Shown: positions 41,764 through 53,700 of the stretch, piece by piece
Layout of the letters: every line of letters begins with the position of its first letter
Numbering within the stretch: the first letter of the stretch is position 1
Assembly: GCA_026770705.1 (NCBI GenBank)
Contig: JANJGN010000071.1
Location: 2,356,001-2,420,000, forward strand
Source: Isurus oxyrinchus
Taxonomy: Eukaryota
DNA length: 64,000 bases
Direction of reading: 5' to 3'
The notes under the pieces: generated by a model
Told to the model about the DNA's origin: nothing
Seen by the model: only the letters and a program-made list of their open reading frames with translations
Databases searched by the model: none
Program-made: the position numbers and the translations under genes

Positions 41764-44700
41764 GTAATACCATCGTCAGCTCAGACAGATTTATGGTGAA
41801 TAGTCTTTGTAAAAGATCATTCTTATTGAGCTCTGATAGGGAACTGATTCAGCAGTGAGACAGTGTACAAACTCACACCAAGTCCCATTCACCCATCACC
41901 CCTAAACTATCTGACTCCTGGTCCTACAGCATCTCAAACTTAAAATACACATCTCTTTGTTCAAATGCATCCATTGCCTCACACTGCGTCCTTATCTCTG
42001 TAACCTCCTGCAACTCTCCCAACCAACGTCCCAGATCTCTGTGTTACTCCAATTCCGGCCTCTTGACCATCCCCCGATTCCCATCACTCCAATACTGGCG
42101 GCCGGGCCTTCAGCTGCCTGGGGCCTGAGCTCTGGAATTCACTCCCTAAACCTCGGGGATGGAGGAGATCAGAGGGTTTCATTTTACTGAAAACCTCCAC
42201 GACTACATCACAGCTGCAGTCAGAATAGACAGAGAGTCCAGCCCTCGCACTTCCTGCACAGTTTCACCATAGCAACCACAATAAGGAAGTAAAATAACTG
42301 AAAGTTAAACCGAAGCCAAACCAGTCAGTTTAGAGAGATGAGATATTTACACAGTTTCCCTGTGTGTCTTGTAGACACTGTGTTGGGTGGAAGACTGGCT
42401 TCACTAAACAGGGTCCTGAGGACCATGAGCCAATGTAGAATGAACTTGTCCACTCCTGTGTCCAGGATTCTCTTCTATCCATTGTGAAACCTTGGGGAGT
42501 TCCATGTGTGTCCTGTAGATGGTCCACACTGCAGCCACTGTGCCCCAGTGATGGAGGGGGTGGATATCAAGTCTAGTGGATCTACAAACCATCCAGAGTT
42601 AAATATTTGATATTTCTCTCCTCAGTTGGACTGTCACAAGAGTGGAAAGGTGACACTCCACGAGAGGTGACAGCGCAGGAAGGTACGTGTGTACAGATTC
42701 CATGTCATTACAGTTATCCAGCACATTTGGAAAGCCAACCGCGAGGTGGAGTCTGGTTTAATAATGAGAAACAGATTCCCTGGGCTCCCATTGCCTTTCA
42801 CTCCAAAGATCACAGTCACGAGTTACCACGGTTCCACAATCGGACCCGGCTTTCTGGAGACCTGAAAGATGGCGACTGTTCCCTGATTATAAACAACATC
42901 AGACGGGAAGATGCAGGACCTTATTTTTTCAGAATAGAATTTGACAATGGTCCGAGCCAGAACTATTACCCTGTAACCCAGCTTCACGTTTCTGGTAAGT
43001 GCTGTGTTATAATTACTCAACAATTCACATTCAACACTCAATGGGAAATAACACAAACTGTAACGTTTACATATTAACACAAAACACAGGCTATTATAAC
43101 ACACTGTCTGATTCTCAATAGCTTCCAGTTCAGTCCTAAAGCAACGTCTAATACTCACTTTAATATCAATGATGAAAAGCATTAACTGTATTATCAGGTT
43201 ACCACTCCCATCAATCTCTCCTGTCCTGTTTAAAAGTCTGACTTATCGATAAAAGAAAGATGTGCATTTCTGCTGCGCAATTTACCACCTCAGGAGGATC
43301 CAAATCCCTTCACAGCCAATGACATTATTCCTGAATTGTAGTCACAGATGTAAAACACAGCAGGCAGTTTGTGCACAGCAAGATCCAACAAACCACAAGG
43401 TGATAAATCACCCAGATCACTGAGGAAATGAGAAGCCAGTGAACTCAAACCTCTGGTCTGATGAAGAGTCATACGGACTCGAAATGTTAACCCTGTCTTC
43501 CTCTCCACTGATATTATTCTTATTCTTTCCATCAGCACAAACAGCAATTTCCAAGCGGACTCCCATCAGCAGACAGAGTGCAATGAAACATCGGCATGCC
43601 TGCTTCTTAATGTACGGAGAGAAACCTGGAACGAGAGATTCTCCTTCTTCTCCTCAGCAAGCTGAAACTTTTCCTTATACCTGGTGCTCCCCAGTCCTGC
43701 TGTGTGGACACATCATAACCACGGCATTGTCTGGCTGTGTGCAGCCAACATGGTCGAATAGGAATGAACAGAAATGGGACGTTGCTAAACTCTGTTCTCT
43801 GATTGGAATGTGCTTTCTGAATGCTGCACCTTTTTCATGCTGCGATAGATTGTAAGAAGCATTTGGGTTATGAATAAAATTACATTGATTAACTCAAGTG
43901 ATTAAAATGCTCAGCCTGTTCTGTAAATATTTATAGATTAAAATTCTGGTTTTGCTGCAAAATTCTTGGCTCAAAGACATAGCTGCCTGTTGTCACGTTT
44001 TCCAATCAGATGAATTCCTGTGACCATCTTTGTAATAGAAATTTCCAATGTAAACATGTCACATTGTAGCTGCACACACTTGCCAGTGGGTGGTGGAATA
44101 TGAAGGCTGCCTTGCTGCTCAGAAACAGTGAGAAATATTCCTGTTGAATGCGTGAACTTCATGTGTGCATGAGACACAGGCATCAGATGCAATTTTGTTC
44201 AATTGTACAATATTCTTTGGACAGCGCAGCACTGCCTCATTTCAGACCCTCCGACAGTGCCGCAATCCCTTAGTACTGACCCTCTGATAGTGCAGCACTC
44301 CCTCAGTTCAGACCCTCTGACTTTGCAGCACTCCCTCAGTTCAGACCCTCCAACAGTGCAGCACTCCCTCAGTACTGACCCTCTGACAGTGCAGCACTCC
44401 CTCAGTTCAGACCCTCCAACAGTGCAGCACTCCCTCAGTACTGACCCTCCGACAGTGCAGCACTCCCTTAGTACTGACCCTCCGACAGTGCAGCACTCCC
44501 TTAGTACTGACCCTCCGACAGTGCAGCACTCCCTCAGTGCTGACCCACCAACAGAGCAGCACTCCCTCAGTACTGACCGGCCGACAGTGCAGCACTCCCT
44601 CAGTATGACCCACCAACAGTGAAGCGCTCCATCAGTACTGACCCTGTGACACTGCAGCAGTCCCTCAGTGCTGACCCTCCAATAAAGCAGCACTCCCTCG

Positions 44701-47700
44701 CTCCTTATCTTCCAACAGTGTAGCACACCCTAAGTACTGACCCTCCGACATTGCAGCACTTGCTCAGTATTTATCCTCCGACAGCAGATTTAAATATCAA
44801 CCCTCGGAGCCAGGGTAGAAATTTGAAGTTACCAAACAGCAAACAACAAAAGAGAAACAACACATAGTCATGATGAAATGGCCAACAGTTTGATTCTGTT
44901 GTAACACATTGTGTAATTACGCACTCGTTCCTACTGCCTTTCATCATGCCTTTCAGCACCTCTGTACGTTGCAAATGGATTCACAACCAATGAAATAATT
45001 CTTGAAATGTAGCCCTTGTTGTAATATGGGACACACAGCTGAACCCTCACAAGAGTGGAAAGGTGACACTCCACGAGAGGTGACAGCGCAGGAAGGTTCC
45101 TGTGTACAGATTCCTTGTCATTACAGTTATCCATCGTGTCTGGAAAACCAACCGCGAGGTGGAGTCTGGTTTAATAATGAGGAACAGATTCCCTGGGCTC
45201 CCATTGCCTTTCACTCCAAGGATCACAGTCACGAGTTACCACGGTTCCACCATCGGACCCGGCTGTCTGGAGACCTGAAAGATGGTGACTGTTCCCTGAT
45301 TATAAACAACATCAGACAGGAAGATGCAGGACCTTATTTTTTCAGAATAGAATTTGACAATGGTCCGAGCCATAACTATTACCCTGTAACCCAGCTTCAC
45401 GTTTCTGGTAAGTGCTGTGTTATAATTACTCAACAATTTCCATTCAACACTCAATGGGAAATAACACAAACTGTGACGTTTACATATTAACACAAAACAC
45501 AGCATATTATAACACACTGTCTGATTCTCAATAACCTGCTAATAGCTTCCAGTTCAGTCCTAAAACAACCTCTAATACTCACTTTAATATCAATGATTAA
45601 ATGTATTGACTGTGTCCATCAATGTTTTCGGGATATCCACTCCCATCGATCTCCCTAACCCTGTTTGACAGTCTTACATATCGACAAAAGAAAGATTCGC
45701 ATTTCTATAGCGCCTTTCAGCACCTCTGTACGTTGCAAATGGATTCACAACCAATGAAATAATTCTTGAAATGTAGCCCTTGTTGTAATATGGGACACAC
45801 AGCAGCCAATTTATTCACAGGATACTCCCAGAAACAGCAATGTGATCAATAACCTGATCATCTGCTTTAGATGCCGGTTCAGTGATTGGTTCAAATGGAT
45901 TCTCTCCTGCTGGGGACAGGATAGAATTTAAATCTGGCAGATTTCAGAGAAAGTAACAAGCCAGTGTGTCAGGAACTGTGAGCTGCTCCCCCACCCTCAC
46001 CTGGGATTGTCAATTCAATTGTTTCAAAGTGGAAGTGAATTCATCTGAGTGACAGAAACTCCCCTAAGTCTGAAAATAGGAAATTCTCTCCTGATCGTTG
46101 TAATCTCTCAGTTCTGATATCATCCTTGTAAAAGTGCTTTCTCTTGTGGGACTGTGATTTCTATTTGAACTGATGCTTCACGTTATATTTCTCTAAAAGG
46201 ATCCATTCTCTGTCTGTTAGATTTCACAGATAAACCCACGATATTCCCTGCTGAAATTATTGCAGGAAAGCGTGTGGATGTAAGCTGCACCTTCAACACA
46301 ACGTGCAATGGAACAGCAGCACCTGTCTTAACCTGGGACACTCCCACTGACGTACCTGGATCAGTCTCAAACACTGTAACTCAGCATGGTGTCACTCTGA
46401 CCTATACTTCTGTTCTGACCCTGATCCCATCACTCAAACACCACGGACACACTCTCAGCTGCAGAGTGAGATATCCATCTGTTTCATCGGAGCGGACCCT
46501 CATACTAACTGTGCAATGTAAGTACAAACACCCTTCATTCTATATTAGCGGTAATAGGATATAATGTGCAGAGCAAGATCCCACAAACACCACTTGGTTG
46601 AAGACAAAACTGGTCCTTCTTTAATGAGTGATATTGAGCAGGGAGAGCTGTTCCTTGTATTGACCCTTGGGATTGTTTATCCCAACCTGATAGGGCAGAG
46701 GGGGCCCAGGTTGTAACTATCAGTGTGTGGCAGAGAATGAACATGGAGCAGTGGAGGGGTTCATAACCATCACTGTGGAATGTGAGTGTGGAGATACATT
46801 TGTTTGTTTGTTGTCTCCGTGGTCTCCGTGGAGCCATTGGGATCGTGTTGTTTTTAATCCAGTTTTCTTCAATCCTCGCTCAGTCCACGTTATCCACACA
46901 CCCAATTTTTCCTCTCCCTTTCTGTTTTTGCTCTCAGTTTCTCCTTCAATGGTTGTGAGGACAAGGCTGTCAGGTCTTCGTTTCCAATCTCCGTACTTGA
47001 CGACCTTTCTCTCTCTAACTGTCCTGAACAACCCTTTTAATTGCTGAACGTCTCCTCTTGATCTAAGCCACTCATTGGTCTTTCTGTCCATCCAGCTGAT
47101 TCTGAGCATCTGGCAGCATCTGTGGAGAGAAAGACAGGGTTAGCGTTTGGAGTGTGTATGACTCCTCTTCAGAGCTAAAGGGAAGTAGACATGTGGTGAA
47201 ATATATCCTGTCTAAGGGGGGGCGATGGGACAGGTGGAGCTGGATAGAAAACCAGCGATAGGTGGAGGCAATGGAGAGATTGTGGAAGATGTCATAAACA
47301 AAAGGTCAAAGGGTTGTTAACAGTGGTGGTATTGGATAAAGGAGGTGCTAATGGTGACATTAAGCAGAGTGTGATAATGGGCGGACCAGGGTAAGCACTC
47401 TGGAAAGAGACAGATGACCCTCGTGGGGGTGTGGCAGGGGGAGGGGACGGTGGAGGGAATAAAGATCGAAAATAGACTAAAATCTGCGGATAAAACAATC
47501 AATAAAAATGGAAATGAATTTCAAATAATAATAATGAAAATAAGTGGAAAAAAATTAACAAATAAAACAATTAAAATGAATATATAAAAAAAGGGGATCA
47601 AAAAGCAGTGAAGATTCGTGGAGCAAGTTCATGATCTGAAATTGTTGAATTCAATATTCAGTCCGGAAGGCTGTAAAGTGCCTGGTCGGAAGATGAGGTG

Positions 47701-50700
47701 CTGTTCCTCCAGTTTGCGTTGGGCTTCACTGGAACAATGCAGCAGGCCAAGGACGGACATGTGGGCATGAGAGCAGGGTGGGGTGTTAAAATGGCAAGCG
47801 ACAGGGAGGTCTGGGTCATGCTTGCGGACAGACCAAAGGTGTTCATCAGAGCGATCACCCAGTCTGTGTTTGGTGTCTCCAATGTAGAGGAGACCACATT
47901 GGGAGCAGTGAATGCAGTAGAACAAATTGAGGGAAGCGCAAGTGAAATGCTGCCTCAACTGGAAGGAGTGTTTGTGCCCTTGGACGGTGAGAAGGGGGGA
48001 AGTAAAGGGGCAGGTGTTGCACCTTCTGTAATTGCATGGGAAGATGCCATGGGTGGAGGTTGAGGTGTTGAGGGTGATGGAGGAATGGACCATGGTGTCC
48101 TGGAGAGAACGATCCCTATGGATTGCCAACAGTGGGCGGTGAAGGGAAGATGTGTTTGGTGGTGGCATCATGCTGGAGTTGATGGAAATTTCGGAGGATG
48201 ATCCTTTGAATGCGGAGGCTGGTGGGGTGATAAGTGAGGACAAGGGGGACCTCATCATGGTTCAGGGAGGGAGAGGAAGGTGTGAGGGCGGATGCGCGGG
48301 AGATGGGCCAGACATGGTTCAGGGCCCCATCACCCACCGTGGGTGTGAAACCTTGGTTAATGAAGACGCAGGACATGTCAGAAGGGCTGTTTTGGAAAGT
48401 GGCATCATCGGATCTGATACGACGGAGGCGAAGGAACTGAGAGAATGGGATGGAGTCCTTACAGGAAGCGGGGTGTGAGGAGCTGAATTTGAGGTCTGTG
48501 TGGGGGTCAGTGGGCTTGTAATGGATATTGGTGGACAGTCTATCACCAGAAGTTGAGACAGGGAGATCAAGGAAGGGAAGGGAAGTGTCAGAGATGGACC
48601 CTGTGAGAATGATGGAGGGGGGAAACTTGGAAGCAAAATAGATAAATCTTCCCAGGTCCAGACTGAGCATGAAGCAGCATCGAAACAGTCATCGATGTTC
48701 CAGAGAAAGAATGTGGGAGGGGATCTGAACTCCGCACTAGTGACTGGACTGGAGGGTTTCTCAGCTGAAGCCACGGCCGCCAATGGTGGAGAGATGGGAA
48801 TGGGAGAATGTGCAAGGGGTCGGAATTGGAGGAGCGCAGAGATTTCGGAGAGCTGTGGGGTGTGGGGATTACCTGCTGATTGTTCTCTGTCTTTGTTCCA
48901 GATCCCCCACAGGAGACGATGGTGTCCATCAGCAGATCCTCAGGTGGGATAAGAGAGGGAAACAATATCACATTAACCTGCTCCAGTGAAAGTGTCCCAC
49001 CGATATCTCATTACACCTGGTTCAGGATCGAGGGGAACACCAGCACCCAGTTAAACACAAGTAGCCGCACTCTCTCCTTCACTCCTGTAACACGGGAGAA
49101 TGATGCAGGTTTCTACTGCACAGCGAGGAACCCAGTGGGTAACAGCACCTCCAACATCACCCACCTGAACGTACAATGTAAGCATTTTACTCCCCCTGTC
49201 TCTGCTTAAAACTCAAACACTTTCTGTCTGAGGGCAGCTTCCTTGCTGTGGATTAGCATAACTAGCATCACCTCCCTGCTTTTTTCACCCTGCACCTCTC
49301 CGAGATACATAAGGAGATATTAGAACAGGGATTGAAAGCTCAGAGAAAGAGGCCGGATTTTAAGGAGTGTTTGAAATGAGGAGAGAGATAGAAATGGAGA
49401 GGTTTACGGAGGGAATTCCAGAGCTCGGGGCCCAGGCAGCTGAAGACACGGCCGCCAATGGTGGAGCGATAGGAATCGGGGGATGGTCAAGAGGCCGGAA
49501 TTGGAGGAGCGCAGAGACCTCGGAGCGATGTAGATGCTGGAGGAGGTTACAGAGATAGGGAGGGTTATAGGGGCTGGAGGAGGTTACAGAGATAGGGAGG
49601 GTTGAAGGGGCTGGAGGAGGTTACAGAGATAGGGAGGGTTGTAGGGGCTGGAGGAGGTTACAGAGATAGGGAGGGTTGAAGGGTCTGGAGGAGGTAACAG
49701 AGATTGGGAGAGGGTAAGGAGGAATTTGAAACGATGTTAATTTTAAAATTGTGGCATTGTCGGACCGGGAGCCAGTGTAGCTCAGTGACCAACAGGGAGT
49801 GATGTGTGAACGGGACTCGGTGTGAGTTAGGACATGGGGACAGCAGAGTTTGGGATGAGCTGATGTTTCCGGAGAGTGGAAGATGGGAGGTCGGGCAGGA
49901 GAGTGTTGGGATAGTTGAATGCGGAGGTAACAAAGGCAGGAATGAGTGTTTCAGTGTGAAGATTCTATCTTACGCTCTAACTTTGCTATGACGTTGTCTC
50001 ATTGTTGTCCTTCCCTCGTCAGATAAGCCGGAGATTTCCCAGCAGTCGGAGTGCACTCAGAGGTCAGAGGGGGTCACCTGCGTCTGTGTGGCCACCTCCA
50101 ACCCATCCGGAGACCTCACCTGGCACCTGCCCAGTGCCAACATCAGTGGTAACCAAACACATGGCGGTTTTGTGTCGTGGCAGGTCAGAGATGGGCATCT
50201 GGTGACTGGTTCCCTCACCCTGATGAGACCCCAGGATGAGGGGGGAGTGATAACATCCTGCTCGGTTCAAAACCCACACGGGGAAGACATGTTTAAGGTG
50301 TATCTGTGGGTCAAAGGTGAGAGACTCGCTCAGGATCGATCTCCACTCAGCTGGATTGATCCCTAAACTCGAGAATTCCCTCCCTCAACCTCTCCACCTC
50401 TCTCTCTACCTCCTCTAAGATGCTCTTTACAACTTACCCATTTGACCAAGCTTTGAATCACCTGACCTCATGTGACAATGGCAACACTTGGTCAAATTGG
50501 AGCCAGGCCGTTCAGGGGGTGATGTCAGGAAGCACTTCTTCACACAAAGGGGAGTGGAAATCTGGAACCCTCTCCCCCAGATAAGCTGCTTCATTGGGTG
50601 CAAGACAGAAAGCTTTGACAAAATGTCCTTTCTCAGCAATACTCAGGTTCTCCTCCCAAACGACTAAATATTATATATAAACATTACATAGATTACATTG

Positions 50701-53700
50701 ATAAATATTATATATAAATATTACATAGATTCCATCGAGAAAAATTATATATAAATATTACATAGATTACATCGAGAAAAATTATATATAAATATTACAT
50801 AGATTACATCGAGAAAAAATATATTTAAATGTTACATAGATTACATCGAGAATCACGATAGCTGATTTGTGCAGAGCAAGATCCCACAAACAACAGCGTG
50901 AAATTGAGGTGATAATTGATTATTTTAGTGAGGTTAGTTGATACATTTATATAGAAATTACACATATAATTACACATTTAGTGAGGAAAACCTGTCCATT
51001 TTAACAGGTCTGGGTGTATAAGTGACTCCAGTCTCAAACACCAACATGGTTAACTCTTACCTGCCCTCTGAACTGCTCTCCCAGTTTGGGACAAACCAGT
51101 GGTTCAGGAGGAAGACCCCCCACCACCTTCTCAAGGGGAAACTAGGGATGGACAATAAATGTCAGCATCGCCCGAGAATGAGTATTTAAATACTGAGTGA
51201 GTGTATCGCTTCTCGAGATACATCGGAGCATCATTGTAAACCTGTAGTGCAGTAATTAATGGCTGTTTTTACAGGTAGAGACTCCAGTAAATGGACAGTA
51301 GGATTGTTCACGGCTGGGATCATGTTGAGTGTTTTCCTGGCTGGAATCTTCATCTTCATCTGTGTGAGAAAGTAAGTCTGAAGATTTAACTTGATTTTAA
51401 TATAAACACTTGTTTAGGACTAATTAGACAGTTTTTACAAAGGGCCAGCACAGGCACGATGGGCTGAGTGGCTTCCTCCTGAGCTGTGAGATTTTAAATT
51501 CTTTCATCGCATGTGGCTGTCACTGGCGTGGCCAATACTAATTGCCAATCTCTAATTGGCCCTTGAAAAGGTGGTGGCGAGCTGCCTTCTTGACCCGCTG
51601 CAGTCCATGTGGTGTAGGTACACCCACAGTGCTGTTAGAGAGGGAGCTCCAGGATTTTGACCCAGCGACAGTGAAGGAACGGTGATATATTTCCAAGTCA
51701 GGATGGTGAGTGACTTGGAGGGGAACTTCCAGGTGGTGGTGTTCCCATGTGTCTGCTGCCCTTGTCCTTCTAGATGGTAGAGGTCGTGGGTTTGGAAGGC
51801 GCTGTCGAAGGAGCCTTGCTGAGTTGCTGCAGTGCATCTTGTAGATGGTACACACACTGCTGCCTCTGTGTGTTCGTGGTGGAGGGAGTGAATGTTTAAT
51901 GTGGTGGATGGGGTGTGGATCAATCGAGCTGCTTTGTTGTGGATGGTGTCAAGCTTCTTGATTCTGTGCTTTGTGCAGAAGTGATTTAAAGAGACAGTCC
52001 CAGTCATTGGTGTAAGGTTACAGTGGGCCCTGTGTCTGTGCTGCACTGACTCTCTGCTATGTGATAACCACAGTGTGATATTGTGTTATTGCAGGAGGAA
52101 GACAGTGACGGAGGAGAGAGTTTCAGGGACCAGAGACATTGCATTGACCCCTAGTCCACTCTCTGTGATGCGCAAGGTACAGGAGCTGTTTACACTCACT
52201 CCAAAGCTTCAATCTCAGTGTGTAGACAACAAATATCCCAGATTCCCAGCCCAGTTACCCACTGATTTGTACCTGTGGAGTCAGCAATGGTTCAGTATCA
52301 TTCTGTCTCTCTGTTATGACACAGCAACTGGTAAAGGCTGTTGTTTAAAATCCCAGAGGGAAACTTTAAACAACTGTCATAACCTATATTTCCCAGTGGA
52401 ATGTTTGAGATGCAGCTCTAAATTCAGGAATAAGACCATCAGTTCTCGAGATGGGTTTATATCAAACTAAATGAGACATTTATTAATTTGCACAAGTTAA
52501 ACATATGCACATGGCTACAAACTAGTATTATCATAACTTTTTAACAAATTATCAAACTAATCTCCTCTAATACAACCCATAGACTTTAAGCAGACACCAG
52601 GCAAAGCATTTTCACCTCACAAACTCCAAATGAGGTTCCTTTCACTTTGGTTCCTTTGCAGACAGGTGTAGGCTTACAGCTGCTTTGATGTTACAAGCCT
52701 CTGTTCTGCACACACAAAACTGCTCAAGTTATACCCAGCTCTTCTCTTTGAATGTAAATTCTCATTGTATCATCAGGACCTTTGAACTCCATCTCTTCTA
52801 ACTATAAATCCTCTGTCATAGTATCAATTTTATTAGTAATATAAACGTTGATTGGTTTAAAATTTCACGCTCAGGCCTTGAATGCTCTGTTTAAAAATGC
52901 AAATTGCATCTTTATCCCTCAGTTTACATCTGAAAACTACTATACATCAAAATACCCAGACTGGCTGGCTTTAATCCAATTAAAACACACACAGACTAAA
53001 CCCCTATGCGAATAAAAATAATTTCCAATAACATGATATCCATTGATCGCATCATGACAGTCTCTCTCTCTATCTCTAGCTCGCTTTCTTTCTCTCTCTT
53101 TCTCTCTCTCTCTTCCTCTCTCTGATTACAAGGTCCATGTTATCGAGCCTCTACCAGACACTTGAGTGAAGAATCCAAGCCGTCACTCACCAGAGCCATT
53201 ACCGAGGGAATGCAAGACTGACAGAGGGTCAGTACTGAGGGAGTGCTGCACTGTCGGAGGGTCAGTACTGAGGGAGTGCTGCACTGTCGGAGGGTCAGTA
53301 CTGAGGGAGCGCTGCACTGTCGGAGGGTCAGTACTGAGGGTGTGCAAGACTGACAGAGGGTCAGTAATGAGGGAGTGCGAGACTGACAGAGGGTCACTAT
53401 TGAGGATGTGCTGCACTGTCGGCGGGTCAGTACTGAGGGAGCACTGCACTGCCATAGGTGGTTTCTTTCATAAGACATGGGAGAGAGAGTTAAACCCACT
53501 GAGACACGACTGACATTAACGAAGCTGCACAATAATTTAACCCTATCAGTGCCAGTAAATGATGTGAGGATGTCTTCTGTTTCCATTTCTCTGTAGGGTA
53601 AACAGAACGTGCTGATTACTGAGCCCCGGAACACAACCAGAGCCACAACTAGTGAGGGGGAGACCCCAGCTCCCCGGGGTCTCTCTGAAGGTCCAGTGGG

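Noticed and set aside
46710-46781. Domain-3 remnant used as a 72-nt in-frame exon via GGGGCCCAG
   Set aside because: The frame fits but there is no polypyrimidine tract; treated as a pseudo-exon.
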